From Hydrurus foetidus (Eukaryota): a stretch of 52,906 nucleotides of DNA. The stretch's first letter is position 1. Every line of letters starts with the position of its first letter. The position numbers and the translations under genes were made by a program. The notes below the pieces were generated by a model. It saw only the letters and a list, made by a program, of their open reading frames with translations, was not told the origin of the DNA and made no database searches. The stretch covers positions 1 to 52,906 of the forward strand of contig UYFQ01000029.1 of assembly GCA_900617105.1 (NCBI GenBank), read 5' to 3'. Shown here piece by piece: positions 1 through 13,909 of this stretch.

Positions 1-37
1 CGTCGTACGCTAGTCTGAGGATTTTATTTCTTTTCTA

Positions 38-3000
38 ATGATTCAAAAACTAAATGCTATGCATCTCTGTTATGAGTCTCTTAAAGCTATAACTGTTTGC
101 TCTGGTCTCGATGGCCATTGCTACATAAATAACGAAATTATTGATTTGACTCTCCAATTTCATTCTTATAATGGCGAATGTCACACAATCCCCTTAACCT
201 TGCGAGTTAATAGGAATACAGATATTGAACTTTTGTTAAGTCGCAAAACTGTAAATGAATATGATTTTATGTCATTAGCACCTTTTGCTTTTGGTATCTC
301 TCCTGAGCTCAGTGCGGAGAACAAAAAGAAAAGGGACACTCGTTGGCGCAAATTTGAAGAAAGGGAAGCGATAGCAAAGCTTGACCCGCTTCACTGGCAC
401 AAATACACTAGATGTATGATATCGGAGGGATATCAACCCGAAGAACCAGAGTTAGAGTCGATCACCCCAAGTTATGATATGTTGAAGGGAATCACAAAGA
501 CTGAACTCGCTCGTTAAAGAGAGCCATACGGTCTGTGTCCCAAGCCAACACCTAAGAAGACCATTTTGCACGCACCTTTACCCAAGGAAGTCGTGGGGTC
601 AGGTTGTCATGCAACGTTCACGTGTAGCGTTACCCAGGTTGGTTCCGAGGGAGTAGCTACCCAAAGTCCATGTGGTGATGTGGGTTGTGAGCGACTGGCT
701 AGTGTCACGACTAGACTCGCAAAACGTACGGGTGATACCCCGCACCTAGGTGGTGACTCGATTCCCACCCTCACACATACCTCTGGGGACACTGTTACAT
801 CAGACTATGACGTGGAAGCCGTATGGCCAAGCGGTGTCGCACTTTCCGTTGACGAGATTGACGATGACAACACTGGCACTTCTACACCTTTCTTGCGTGA
901 CAAGACGTGCCGAAATGTACCGCCCAATGGGCCGGATGATTTTTGTCACAAATCCATTTTGAGGGAGATGAAAGCCTTCAGAAGGATTTGGGACTCTCTG
1001 TTCAGAATTCGCTAATATTTTCAGTGATAATCTAGCCCCGCAAGCTGCACACCTCAAGCCGTTTGAGATCAAACTGCCTCGGCAGAAGTGGGAGGTTCCA
1101 TCGAACCGCACACCAGTGCGCCCACAATCCTCTAAAAAGGAACATTACCTCCGCACTCCAATCGAAGAAATGCTGGAGGATGGTGTGATCGAGAGGTCGA
1201 ACGCTGCATACTACAGTCATCCTGTAATGGTAAATAAGACAGCCGATACGTATCGAACCTGCATCGACTATCGCGCACTCAATGAATGCATTGAGCCGGC
1301 CTCCTTTCCCCTACCCAATATCAAACACCTCTTCGAGAGGATCGGTAATTGAAAACCGGATATTTACGGAGTGATGGATTTAACCGCGGGTTATCACCAA
1401 GCACCTCTGTACACACCCCACCGAATCTATACCGCATTTATATGTTTCATGGGGATGTTTCAGTTCACGAGATTGCCTTTTGGCCCTTGTCGAGCCCCCT
1501 CTTACTTTCAAGAGCAGATGGCCACAACGGTCCTTTACGGTCTTATATACAGCTGTTGCGAGATGTATCTCGATGACTGTATTGTATATGGCCGGGGCGA
1601 AGCAGAGTTTCTCAAGAATCTGCGCAGCGTCTTTGAAAGATTTCGACTTAAGAATCTTAAGCTCAAAGCAAGAAAATGCAGATTCGGTCTCAAGCGTATA
1701 GAATACGTGGGACGAGTCATAGACAAAGATGGGTTATCCATGTCTAAGGAGAAGATTGAGACAGTACTCAACTTCCACCTTCCTAAGCAAGTAACATCCC
1801 TTCGTGGATTTCTTGGCTTCGCCAACTATTTTCGTCAATTTGTACCGTTTCACTCGGACATTGTCAAACCACTTCAAATGATGGTGGACCCAAAGGCACT
1901 TAAACGTTCCCCCATATATTGGACCCCCGAGGGGACTCTAGCATTTAATGAGACCAAAATCGCAGTTTCGCGTTGTTCTTTAATGTACTTCATCAATGAT
2001 GATTCACCCATCAGATTATATACTGATGCATCCGACTATGGTATCGGTGGTGTACTCTTCCAAATTGTCAACACCGTGTGGAGACCAATTGCCTTTATAA
2101 GCAAATCTCTATCGACAACACAAATTAATTGGTCGACAATACAGAAAGAAGCTTATGCTATCTTTTTCTGTTGTCAACAACTCGATTATCTCATTCGAGA
2201 CCGAAAGTTCACTATTCATACTGACCATATGAATTTGACTTATATGAAACAAAACCCTACCTCAATGGTAGCACGGTGGTTCATTGCAATGCAAGAACTT
2301 GATTTTACCGTACACTTTGTCAAGGGGACAGATAATGAACTTGCCGATGCTCTGTCACGGTTATGTCCAAACCTTACCGAAATTGCTCTGCCTAAGACAA
2401 TCAGGTCCGATGGTGACACGTCATCATCATCTTCTTCATCGTCATCTTCTGCAGTTTCGGCTTTAACGGTTATTGAACCGCCGACAGATGAACAGAATGT
2501 TTACATTCAAATGTGCCACAATGCAATTGTTGGTCACAACGGTGTCGACCGTACCCTCACTCGACTCTTTAGTCTTAACCAAGTGTGGAAAAATATGAAA
2601 CAGCACGTACGCTCGTTCATACGAAACTGCCCATGCTGTCAAAATTGAGCGCAGTTGATGCGAAAATCAGCGCTGCTCATTTTTCAACTTCAACACATGA
2701 TGATATTGGCCCATTCCCTGATAAAGGGTATATTCTTGTCATAATCGACACCTTCTCCAGATGGACAGAAATGTTCTGGTGTAAGGATGCTACTGCTCAG
2801 TCTGCATGTGAATGCTTACTGACTCATTTTGGTCGATTCGGATCGCCAAACATGATTAGATCCGATCGAGGATCCCACTTCGCTAATGATCTCATTAAAG
2901 AGTTCTTAGACCTTACGGGGACACCCCATAATCTCACTTTGGCTTATTCCTCACAAGAGAATGCCATTGTAGAAAGGGTCAACAAAGAAGTGAATAGACA

Positions 3001-3721
3001 CTTACGCGGTCTCGTGTTTGATACACCATCTCTTGAACACTATGCTAAATGCATACTATTTGTTCAACGTATCATTAACAGTTCAATTAATCGACGAACA
3101 AATGCAAGTCCTGCTTCGATTTTATTCGGCAATAAACTTGATTTGAATCGGGGTATTTTAAAACCCCATCTATTACCAACGTTGATATCTTCGAATTCAA
3201 CGTACATCACGGATCTCATCGACATACAGGACAAGGTCCTCGATGCAGCAATCGGTTCTCTTCAGAAATGTGATGACAAACACAAAAAGTCCACACAAGG
3301 TGTGACAGTGTTCCCTATAGGGTCATATTTTCTTGTAAAACAGGAACACCCTCCTATTCGATTACACACCAAGTGGAAAGGTTCCATCCGTGTCGTCTCC
3401 CTTGAGGGATCCGAGTATGTTCTCGCGAACTTAATTACACATAAGCACAATAGTGTACATGTGAGGAATCTTAAGATTTTTAATTATGACCCATCGCTGG
3501 GCATACCTGCTGATACAGCACGTCGCGATTACATGGAGTATTTCGTTGAGAAAGTTCTTAGTCACACTGGTGATTCAAAGAAACCGACATCCATGTCGTT
3601 CCATGTTAAATGGCTCAACTATAATAACTCACATAATGCATGGGAGCCTTGGAAGAATCTCCGGCTCTGTGATGCACTCCATGTATACTTGAGGAATAAT
3701 AACATGTCCCAAGAATCTTGA
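38..3721 (+). pseudogene. pol: Gypsy pol (protease C-terminal part, RT, RNase H, integrase, chromodomain), disrupted
   Basis: RT motifs CIDYRALN, DLTAGYHQ, LPFG, YLDD. RNase H TDASDYGIG, EAYA, TDH, NELADALSR. IN H..GH..CPCCQ, IDTFSR, SDRGSHF, VERVN. Chromodomain YFVEKV..VKWLNY..WEPWKNL. In-frame stops at 515 and 1350; frameshifts near 1000 and 2645. Confidence 0.92.
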
Positions 3722-4083
3722 GGGATCGACCGATGAGGTTTGAGTTCGAACGTATTATCTTCTGAAGATTTTTTAGCCTAATTTTTTGCCCTTTTCGTGG
3801 GTTTTTTTAGTCAGTAAAAATCTGACATAATTACGTTTTCGACCCTCGTACAACAGTACTCTGCTGTTTTTGTACAACCCCACCTTATCTTTCGACATCG
3901 AACCCCTAATCTCTGCAACTTTTCTCATGTAAACATTTTTTTATGTTCACTTTGATTCTTATTTTTTCAAATTTTTAATTTTGTAAATTTGTCAATATTT
4001 TTTCTTTTTCATTTAAGTTGCATATTAAGTTTTGCAAAGAAACGGGGGTTTCGATTTAGTTTAGCTTTACCTTAGATTTTTTT

Positions 4084-4110
4084 AGAAAGAAAGAAAGATA
4101 AGTGGAGGTA
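4084..4110 (+). promoter_or_regulatory. Polypurine tract of the Gypsy element, preceding putative 3' LTR start (TG, 4112)
   Basis: agaaagaaagaaagataagtggaggta followed by a-TGTGATTG, about 360 bp downstream of pol. Confidence 0.7.
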
Positions 4111-4391
4111 ATGTGATTGTACCGGGTCCAGGGTCCCGATCCTACCGGGTACCGACTCTACCGGATCCTACCGGGTACTACTACTGTACACTACAGTGAG
4201 GCTGTCGTGTCGTCAAGGCCATCTGCAGCGTCCACTTAGAAGTTAACCTAGCTTCTAGCCTAGACACTGTAACTAAGCCAACCTACCCTCGACTTCCCTT
4301 TCTCCATCTGCCCGACCACATGCTTGAGGAACATTGCATGAAGCATATTGTACCCGCGCAGCTGTACAGCTGTACGGGTACAGGCGTACGT

Positions 4392-4434
4392 TCGGCTCGG
4401 CTCGGCTCGGCTCGGCTCGGCTCGGCTCGGCTCG
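4392..4434. repeat. (CTCGG)n pentanucleotide microsatellite, about 8 units
   Basis: Directly visible tandem ctcgg repeats. Confidence 0.95.
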
Positions 4435-4899
4435 AGGACGTTCCGATCCATCCGATTCATGACTTGCCTATCTCTGTTTTTATCTGTAAGCTAACCACAT
4501 CATTTAGTCAACAGCACCTGCACCATAGCTGCCTTTACTCTTGCCCTCGCGTCCTGTTCCTTCAGTCCACCGCTCAGCCCATAGTTAGGCCACACCGTCA
4601 ACTTGACAGCCTCCGAAACGTCCCCTTTCAAAAGTTTATTTTGATGACGTTTTCGCGAAATATCATCGATCTCTTCAGAAAACGTTGGCCGACGACAGAA
4701 AGTAACTTGCAGGCAAGTGAAAGCGACCCACATCGTTTCTGAACAAAACCTCCTACGTGCGCGCCCAACTTCGTAGCCTACGAAGCCGCCCAACGCTCCC
4801 TCCTTTCGACGCGATTTCCTCCCGATCCCCCTGTGTAAGACTATCTGATTCTATCAAGATATATCTGTAGTGATATAGTTGCAAATGTAGTTACAAATA

Positions 4900-5215
4900 T
4901 ATACATGTACTTTATGCGGCACGTACGTACGTTAGTACATAAGTAGGTATGCTAACATGCACACGCACACACGTACTTACACATGTTGGTACATGCTAAT
5001 GTATGCATACGTACGCACACGTACCCACACATGTACGTAAATAGTCAATATGTACGTACGTACGCACTCCTATAGCATAGCATACACCTGTATGGTCACG
5101 CACACACGTACACACGTACGTGCACATGTTAGTGCATACTAATATATGCATACGTACACACACGTACCTACACATGTACGTAGATAGTAAATATATACGT
5201 ATGTGCGATCGCCTG
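4900..5215. repeat. Low-complexity alternating purine/pyrimidine tract (tacg/taca/caca)
   Basis: Degenerate acgtac/acacac/gtacat repeats. Confidence 0.8.
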
Positions 5216-5517
5216 TAGCGTAGTACATAGATGTTGTAGCCGTCTGGGGTCCTAGGGACCTTGGACCCGATACCTAAACTCCGTAGACTTCTAGGTAGAC
5301 TGCTAGCCATGCTTCAGGATTTGTCCTAGCGTTTGCCAGTTCTTTTCCTATCGCACCTAACCCTAAGCAAGATCTTTTTCCATCCTAGCCTAGACCCTTT
5401 TAGGCCACAGTGACGTCACTCAGCCGTTCCATCGTAGTTATCACCGTCATTTCCGCAGTTGCCATCGTCCTTTTCATCCGTCGTCTCCCAGGAACTATCG
5501 TGTCTGTCCACTGGAGG

Positions 5518-5981
5518 TGCGAGTCAGACTGTGGAGTGACGCTAGCTACCTGTTGGCTGCGGAAGCGCAAAAGAAAGACTATGTGATTGAGCTGTTCTCG
5601 GAAGACGTGTTTGCTTACAACGATCAGGTAGTAAAACAACTGGCGATGATATCAGAGAAGATAACAATAAAAAAAGGCAAAGCATCCAGTGTGCATGACA
5701 TGCTATTCAAAGAAGTGCGAATATATTTATTTAGTTGGCGAGTTGGCGATTCATCAACGGTCGGGCCCCTCGCTGCTATGTGAATTTGGATGCTTAGTGA
5801 AAAACGGATGCTTGATGATGGCCCCAAAGGGGGATATCGCTAGAAGAACGATGAGCGTATGTACACAACAGTGTATGGCGGTGTTTTGGGTGAGGAAGCG
5901 CTACACTACTTGTGACATGTGAATGCTAATCTACAGATGAAACTATGCTAACAGATCATGCATGAATATGCTGGACTGACA
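5518..5981 (-). repeat. Copia A LTR, diverged copy
   Basis: tgcgagtcag...ggactgaca; homologous to 44727-45234 with substitutions and fewer internal repeats. Confidence 0.92.
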
Positions 5982-6872
5982 CTCCCCGTAGTGAAGATGT
6001 AGCTGAATGTGTTATTGAGAGTCGTTGAAATAAATAGTGTGTGTGTATATATACTCCCCGTAGTGAGGATGTACTCCCCGTACAGGAGATTTCGCAAAAG
6101 TATAAAAAGTTATTATTAATATATGTGTGCACTCAAAGATAGTAAAATTAGTAAAGATGTTGATATGAATTATTTGTGTTATTTAATATGATTTCGTAAA
6201 GTCTTGTCAACGAGCCTGTGCGTTAGGTATTCGAAAAATGGTAGTGGAACTCTTTTCGTACCTATATCTGAGTTGTTTTCGCTCGAAGGGACACAGGTAC
6301 CATCGGCGACTTTGTCCTTTCGCTCAGGTCAATGTGACGAAGGTTCTTGGTCATGTGTGTATGATTTGAAGCATCAACACAAGCAGAATTGTCTTCTTCT
6401 ATGACTGTAGGAGCTTGTGTCCATCCGATGTGGTTTAGCATGCCCCGGAGGGGAATGACATCGGATTTTAGTGCGTGATTAACGGCCTTGATTTCGGATT
6501 CCGCAGTTGATGATGAGATGCTGCCTTGGTCGGTACTCTTCCAGCAGATGACATTGTCGGCTAGGTAGCCAATGTAGGAGGTCTGGGAGTGACGGTTGTC
6601 TTTGTTACCGGCGAGGTCAGCGTCGCATTGGAACTTTAACTGCAGTAGACTGGTCATCGTCGCGATGTCGGTGGGACCGTCGTGAGTTGTGAACTTGAGT
6701 CGGTCAATCTTGGCGTATTTGACATATCGAAGTAAGTGCTTGAGGAACTTGATGTGTCGCGCACCTGGACTGTTACTATATCTTGATAGTATGTTGAGAG
6801 CGTACATGATTGTAATCAATGTGTGTACCATACCGTACATAAGCTGACCAACTACCCGTCGGTAGGGATACT
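5518..6872 (-). mobile_element. Ty1/Copia family A, 5'-truncated copy (RT end, RNase H, PPT, 3' LTR)
   Basis: Collinear with 44727-46155. ORF 6262-6840 has DADLAG, SSSTAESE, EDN. Similarity ends at about 6872; small deletions in RNase H. Confidence 0.93.
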
Positions 6873-7208
6873 AAATCATACATTAGATGCAAATATTTAA
6901 ATTAGATGCTAAATGAGATATTTGATGATAAAAATGAATTAGATGGTAAATTATTTTACTAGATGAAATTATTTTACAATTGTTTTTAATGCTGAAAGAC
7001 ATTTTATAAGAATAATTATACATCAATAATATTTGGCAATGCGTCCATTTGAAATATTAGTATATTATTATTAAGATGTATTATTATATTAAATATATTA
7101 TTTAGAGATTTTTACGAAGTGTTTTATCATTAACTTATAAGATAAGATAATGCAGTGAATAATTGTAAAAGTAAACACTTCGTACAAATATCAGCATTAT
7201 TATCCTTT

Positions 7209-8299
7209 AAGAGCTCCACTCAAAAGATAAATACTACGTCTAGCACAGAAGCAGAATTAGTAGCTATGACTGACGCAGGTAATCAGGTTTTATGGACTAG
7301 GAATTTCCCTATCCACCAAGAGTATAAAGTCAGCTATAATTTACCAAGAGAGTTCAATAGGTCAAATAGCGAAAGAACTAGACACATTGACATCAAGTTT
7401 TTCTTCGTGCATGATCGAGTTAAATCCGACCATATTATTGTAACCTATAAGAGTACTAAAAAAATGATTGCAGATTTGCTGACCAAGCCACTGCAGGGGA
7501 AGCTATTTCAAGTGCTCAATGTATAAAGAAATTCAGGGGAGTCATTTATTGATTTTGACTTATCCACGTACAACGTTTTTTTCAGTCAAATTACAAAATA
7601 AAAATAAAAATCTGATTTCGCTTTAAATCAATATTTGATTGATAGGACCACTGAGGACATCGATAGACCGCATCTGCGACACCGAATGTCCATGTTTTAG
7701 TGGATTTAAGGGCACCAACATCGGTTGGATCGAACTCGAGACCGGTCACCAGCTCATGCTTTTTTGACTGATTGGAAATGGTTTTTCTCGAGAAATACCC
7801 ATCCACTTATCCAACCACCCATGTTTTATTTCACACCACATCACGATGCAACTTGTCAATATTAAAAAATTCCGTGAAAAATATTATAAATTTACTGTTT
7901 ACCATACCCTAACACTAAGTTCCCTATCTGAATGATGTGTGGAATATAATGAACAATAACAACTAAGTATACAATACAAGCATAAGCTAATTAACATATT
8001 CACTTATTTAAACAATAACCATCATGGGGGTGTGTTGTGATATCTGGATTAGACTACGATCTTGTACCCTGTGTGATGTATGATTGTTTGCTGGCACATT
8101 CAGCGATAACATTGACCGCAACCCTCGCACTCATGTTATGCTACCTATATGTAATAGACAGCACGTCACTGCCGTTTAATCCAACTTACCGAATAGAACG
8201 TTGTCTTCTCTTTTGAGCAAGCGTTGCTAGCAGTCGGAAGTGCAGGGATCGTTTGGGAACTTGGAAGAAATTCCGTGTAAATCGCCCAGATTTCCAACA
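7209..8299 (+). mobile_element. Ty1/Copia family B, 5'-truncated copy (RNase H end, 3' UTR, PPT, 3' LTR)
   Basis: Reverse-complement homolog of 13631-14782. SSTEAEL..RTRHIDIKFFF..IADLLTKPL with internal deletions. Confidence 0.93.
8033..8299 (+). repeat. Copia B LTR (3' LTR of truncated copy)
   Basis: tgttgtgatatc...ttccaaca, preceded by catcatgggggtg. Confidence 0.9.
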
Positions 8300-8342
8300 A
8301 CATCTGACACGCGTACTTGATATCCCAACAGGTACCGTAAAC

Positions 8343-8544
8343 GTAGTATGTCGTGAGAATTAATCAAATAATTATTGGGATTATTCTCAAGCGGGTCCGA
8401 TTAACTAATTAATTTATTATTCGCAGGATTCTCACATGCCCTAAAACTTTAATTAATTGCTTGAGTTCTCTCTAACCAGTAATTTTCGGTAATTAATCCG
8501 TATTTCTAATAATTCTCACGAAAACCAGCCTCACGACATATTGC
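8343..8544. mobile_element. Probable degenerate MITE
   Basis: Imperfect terminal inverted repeats gtagtatgtcgtgag / ctcacgacatattgc, subterminal gagaat/attctc motifs, AT-rich interior. Confidence 0.5.
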
Positions 8545-8581
8545 ATCGGGGAAAAAAAAACAAAACAAAAACAAAACCTCA

Positions 8582-9592
8582 ACATACTCCTTATCGCGCC
8601 CCGAAATACGAGTTTTTTTGGACTCTCGTATCGAGGAACTCGTATTTTCACACCTTATCGCGCAAAATCTACGGGAAATAAACTCGTTTCCACGATTTTC
8701 ACATTTCTGGCGCGAGGAATGGAGTGGATTCTTGTCTGGATCCAGTGACACGTTTCCTCAAGACGAGTTTTCTGACAGCACTATCAAGTATTGTTATTTC
8801 TGACAGTATTGTTATTGCATCACAAATACCACGATTTATCATGTTTCAATTCCATGATATCAAGAGCTTCCAATATGCTTGTATTGTGAAGGCTGCTCTG
8901 GCAGTTTGTGCGGAACGCGAGATGTCAAAGGAGCAAATTGAGCGAGAAATCTTCGAGGAGTTCAAAATGGCAGTAGGCATTCTTGGATTATCCCCTGCAC
9001 TTCAAGGAATCAGCAGGGAAATCCTTCTATGATCGAAGAACTACGTCATCAAAGCCTGCAAAGTAGAAGACTACCACGATGGAGAATCGATTTTTGTCCG
9101 ATGGATCTTGAGCGCGTGGATTTGCCAGCATTTGCCCCCATGTTGATTGATCATAGTTAGGTCTTTTTTCGAATCTCCTTTAAGCGAAAATCCTCTTTTG
9201 TTTGACCGACAGCATTGATTAAACAACAGCTTCTTTAAACTGCGCTGTTATTTCAGCTCGGCGCTTTTTCAATGTTACATGATGACGGACGATGGCCTCA
9301 ATAAACTGCTTTTTAAAGTGCATCGTTGAAAGATTTCTAACGAAGCCAATGTGTTGAATTAGATATGTAAAGTGTGAATTAAACGATGCACAAAGAGCTA
9401 GCATTGCGTTCAGAAACAAATTTGGCAGACTCGTTCACAACCCTCACGATAAGGAGTGGAAATACGAGAAAAGATGGTTTTGTCGTACTCGCACCACGAT
9501 AAGGACGAAGTACACGAGAGAATGAGTCCTATTTTGGACTACGAGAAAACCTAAAACTCGTTCTCGTAAATGGGGCGCGATAAGGAATAGCC
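8582..9592. mobile_element. Non-autonomous TIR element of the TNA-target family
   Basis: TIRs acatactccttatcgcgcccc / ggggcgcgataaggaatagcc, flanked by TCA on both sides (8579-81, 9593-95). Confidence 0.7.
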
Positions 9593-9603
9593 TCAATCCT
9601 CGA

Positions 9604-9804
9604 ATCCTCAAAACACGGGTTTCCAAAATTTCTCAAATCGGTGAAACTGAATCAGCCACTTTTTCGTAATTTTGAGTTTCGAGGTTTTCAAATTCCTCGT
9701 TTTGAAGCCCTCAGATCGAGGACTTCAAAACGAGGAATCCAAAAAATACGAGGTCTTGGGTCCAAAAGGGCCGAGGATTTTTGGGAAACCCGTGTTTTGA
9801 GGAT
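9604..9804. repeat. Inverted repeat, probable MITE remnant
   Basis: Perfect 21-bp IR atcctcaaaacacgggtttcc (9604-9624) / ggaaacccgtgttttgaggat (9784-9804). Confidence 0.7.
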
Positions 9805-10917
9805 CTTTTATTTTGTATGTTTCGACTGTTACGGTACCAGTGCTCACGTAAACTCCGACGTGGGTGTAAACTCTGACGTATTTTTGATCCGGAGTCGGCA
9901 ACTTGTCCATACGAAAGTGACGAAACGGTACGTCGTAGCATTATCAAAAGATAGCACAACTCCTTCAATTTTTTCACTAGTTTCATGAACGGTGGCGCTA
10001 CTCACGCAGCAACTCATTGGCTTCTCAGCAGCATAGTGCTTTCTGCAACAGGTAAATCGGTCAAAAAGTGAGACAGATATATCAAGTTGTGAATTCTCTA
10101 CGGCTACATCAAGAAAATTGTTCCATTATCTATGGTCATACTGATGTCATGATGAGTTTCTGTCATTTCCTAGTTCGAAGATTTTACTAGTTAGTGAAAC
10201 CAGTTGAATTCCGATGCTGGTGCATGAAATTATGACCACACGCTGCAGCACCATAGTCGCATTCCTCAACTGTGGTTGAAAGATTATAATCGACAGAAAA
10301 TGATATAGCGGTGCTCTCACGTCACAATTACGACAGTGATGGTATTAACCATACCTCAAACCATCCGAAAATGCTGTCAGGTCGGAGCTGGCCTGATAAA
10401 TGAGGTGATTTCTTGTCGCGAGCGTTCCGCAGTAAAAAGCGTCGACGACGGAGTTATGATTGCAACCGCCCGAGTTGGCGACACGGGTGATAACGTCTCC
10501 ACAGCTGTCTGTGTCACTTTCTCTCGGTTGGGTGCGATGGAGTGTCTATAGCGACGCGAGTGATGGTCCAACAGTCTGTTCGCTATTCATGTCGTTGTCG
10601 ATGGTTTTACGTTTGTTGCGCGCGAGGTATTGATGGCGATGCAGTTGATAGTGTCATAGTCCTTTCAGTTGTCTGTGTCGTTGGCGATGTCTTGCTGTCG
10701 GTACCGCACTAGGCATCGATGGCAATCGAGATGATTTGATTATGACATCTTTGCTTACATACCACAGGTGAACATTAAATACAGCACAATCATATGAGTC
10801 AGTAAACATATCGATGATCAATTTACGTTAAATAAACCCTTGATACATGAAAAGCAACGGACCACATGAACAGTAAGCACTTTGATTCCCAAAAACATTA
10901 ATGCAGACACAGAATAC

Positions 10918-13132
10918 TTAATTATCACTTTCATTATATGCAGGGACTATTTCTACGGGAGCAGCGAATTGGGCTGCAACTTCAAGTGCGGCGCGTAATC
11001 TCTGCTCAGCCTCCAAGGTCTTGGCTACTTTTCTCTGTGCCATTTCTAACCTTTTAGCAGCATCCTCAATACTCCTGTCTGCTGCAGAGAGTGTGTTTCT
11101 TCTTTCTTTTTCTGCTGCTTTTTCTGCTACTTTATTGGCTTTCTCACGAATCACCTTCTCTGCTTTCTCTTGTGCAGCTGCTGCGCGCTGAATTACTTTC
11201 GCTGCCTGCTCTTGCAACTTTCTTTGCTGTTGGAGTGTTGGGTCGTTCCTCTCATTGCGCATGAGTAAGTAGTCTACAAACTTTTCCTTCGATGCAGCAT
11301 GACTCAGGACAAGTGCGTGCTGCCTCCACGTGACTAGGTCATCTCTATTGATGTGCATGTTGCCTTGAAGCTTGCATGTCCCCCATTCATCCAGTAAAAC
11401 ATCCTTGACACATCCCTCTGCTCTTATCATGTGAATCACTTCAGGAGCTTGATGGAACATGTGATTCATATCCTCTTCGGTAATGTGGGAGTAGCATTCC
11501 TCATCAATGTCTCTACGCAGACTGTCGACTCGGCGTAGCCGACGACAGTCCTCTTCGTGCTAGTGGTGGAAGGAACAACATGCTGTCCACAAACCTAGTT
11601 AGAGATAGTCTGAGAAGTAAGTATGAGAGAGAAACATGATGAATAATGATTCATCTCACCTTATAACTTTCCACATGCTTGCGTGCTTGTACGTATCCAT
11701 TCTTCTGTACAAATGTTAGCGTTTCAATCAATCTTTGATACGTTTCCACTCGATATAATAGTTAGTGGATATTGTCGTTTAATTCATAAATTACCTTTCT
11801 TACGTTTGCATCAAGTGAAGGGTTAGTACAGTCTGTTCCACATCTAGTCACTTTTGCCATGCCTGCTTTTGTATCTCGAAAGGCACTGTTGCGATGGTTG
11901 CCCTGGTGGATTCCTGTGGCAGACGGAGGGCCTTTGACGAAGTTTATGTTAGCCTGCTGGAACGTATCTTGAACGACCTCGGTCATGGCTGGGATAAGGA
12001 TCTCAGCCTCACCATCCTGACTGTAAAAACTTCTCATAAGAGAGCCATCAAAGTTCTGCATATTGTCATCCAAATTATTAGATTTGTCATGTTACATCAT
12101 GTTTGAATGTTGTAAGTAATTGATTCCTTGAGTTCAGCATACCTTATGTTTGTGGCAATCATATGAGAGTTGTATAGTTGGAACAGTAATGTTTAGATAG
12201 TAGTGAACCCACATCGTAGAGCATCCTCCTCTAGTCCTTGCGAAGTACACCCAACCTTTCTCACCGATTGCAGATGTTGATCCCATGCACAGGACTTGTG
12301 TTGCAAAGAAGGTATCCTCTTCCATGGGGGGGACTGCGAATATCAACACAAGAGGTCCCGCCTCCCCTCCTGCATTGTTCAGAGCGAACCATTTGACAAA
12401 GAGATTCAGATTGTCTGGAAGTGCTGAGGATGACATCAAATCTGTATTATCGTCGTCTTTGATCACGCAGACGTATTATCGCGTTCCCATCTCGCTTACG
12501 AATATAGTAGTTGCATCTGCATTCCATCTCTGCTCAGCGCGTAAGCTAGAGGAATATGCCATGCAAACACAGCCCCATATGTAAGATATTCTAGGGCGGC
12601 GGCAGGCTCTCAATCTCGCGTCAGTTAAGATTTGTGGCTTCACCTTGATTACTCTGCATAGCTTGAACAACTTATTCTGAGTCGTCGGACAAACAATCGA
12701 TATGGCTGCTGCGCTACGTTTTCCTACTTGCATTTTTGTTTCAGTAGCTCCTACTCTCAATAGTTCAACAGTCTTTGCAAATGGGACAGCGTTTCTGGCA
12801 TATCTACGCAATTCCAGAGTATTTTGAAATTTTTCAATGGCCTCTTCATCCATCGCACTTGGTCGGCCAATTTTGTTCGTTATTGGCAACGATCTTACAA
12901 CCTTATTCATCCATTCACGCACTGTTGAGATAGGGAGAGAGTGCCTTGTTGCTATCCTTCGGAGGACGGCTACTTTTTCTGCACCCCATGTCAGCAATGA
13001 AGTGATTCCTCCTGCTTCTGAGCCAATAAAACTTTTTTCATCGACAGTGAAGGAATGTTTCGAGAAATCTCGATACCGTTCTCTGTTTCTTAGATTAAGC
13101 GGCGCAAACACTTTAGGTACACTATCAGCCAT
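10918..13132 (-). pseudogene. pogo-like transposase, fragmented, probably intron-containing
   Basis: HTH-like LRRIATRHSLPISTVREW; WNADATT (first D); SQDGE (second D); PPSATGIHQGN where the third acidic residue appears lost. C-terminal coiled coil. GT-AG intron candidate at about 11595-11659. Confidence 0.65.
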
Positions 13133-13630
13133 ACTTCAGAAGTTCAAACGGCAAATTCTGCTCATGCAATGTAGAGATCTTGTGGCATCAATGACACAGG
13201 AAGTTGAGAATAGTGCAGCTTCATGGCATGAGGCTACAATTCACCGTGTCGATAGATTTTGATCATAGAATTTGACGATAGAATATTTCACGGTTTTCAA
13301 TTAATTCTATCGAATTTTGTTTTCGGCAGCCCTTTTTTTACTCGAACGGACTCGCGGAAATGATGGCAGCGGACAGAGTTTTGCTCGGCTGACGAAGAAA
13401 AGTTGGTCAGCTGGTAGCTACAGCAACGAAGGAGAAGTTGTGGGCTGCTGCTCAAATTTGGACATCAGGTTAGTTGGCTATATGTTGTGGTTGTGCTGGG
13501 AATAAACTGGTCGCGAGTATAACACCTGAAAATAGAAACGGTACGCGAGATTTTTTGGATCGACGTCCCTTAGGTCGGTCCATATGGTAAAACGAGATAC
13601 GAAATACAAATCAACTAAAAGTCCATTTTT

Positions 13631-13909
13631 TGTTGGAATTCTGGGCGATTTACACGGAATTTCTTCCGAGTTCCCAAACGATCCCTGCACTTCCGACTGC
13701 TAGCAACGCTCGCTCAAAAGAGAAGACAACGTTCTGTTCGGTAAGTTGGATTAAACGACAGTGACGTGCTCTCGATTACATCTAGGTAGCATAACATGAG
13801 TGCGAGGGTTGCGGTCAATGTTATCGCTGAATGTACGTACACCCGTGCATGAAAACAATCATACACCACACAGGGTACAAGATCGTAGTCTAATCCGGAT
13901 ATCCCAACA
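13631..13909 (-). repeat. Copia B 3' LTR
   Basis: Direct repeat of 18777-19055 with about 5 substitutions by eye; preceded on the minus strand by catcatggggtg (PPT). Confidence 0.96.

Larger units (their letters stand above)
1..5517 (+). mobile_element. Ty3/Gypsy chromovirus-type LTR retrotransposon, decayed; 5' part outside window, 3' LTR end not defined
   Basis: Domain order RT-RNaseH-IN-chromodomain. Purine tract at 4084-4110 is followed by TG at 4112. Downstream sequence runs into a Copia A LTR at 5518. Confidence 0.85.

Noticed and set aside
4260..5310. ORFs with AEPSR/ARLGS repeats and a Cys/Tyr-rich peptide
   Set aside because: Translations of microsatellite and low-complexity DNA
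6873..7208. Very AT-rich stretch as organellar or viral insert
   Set aside because: No recognisable ORF or RNA motif; cannot be supported
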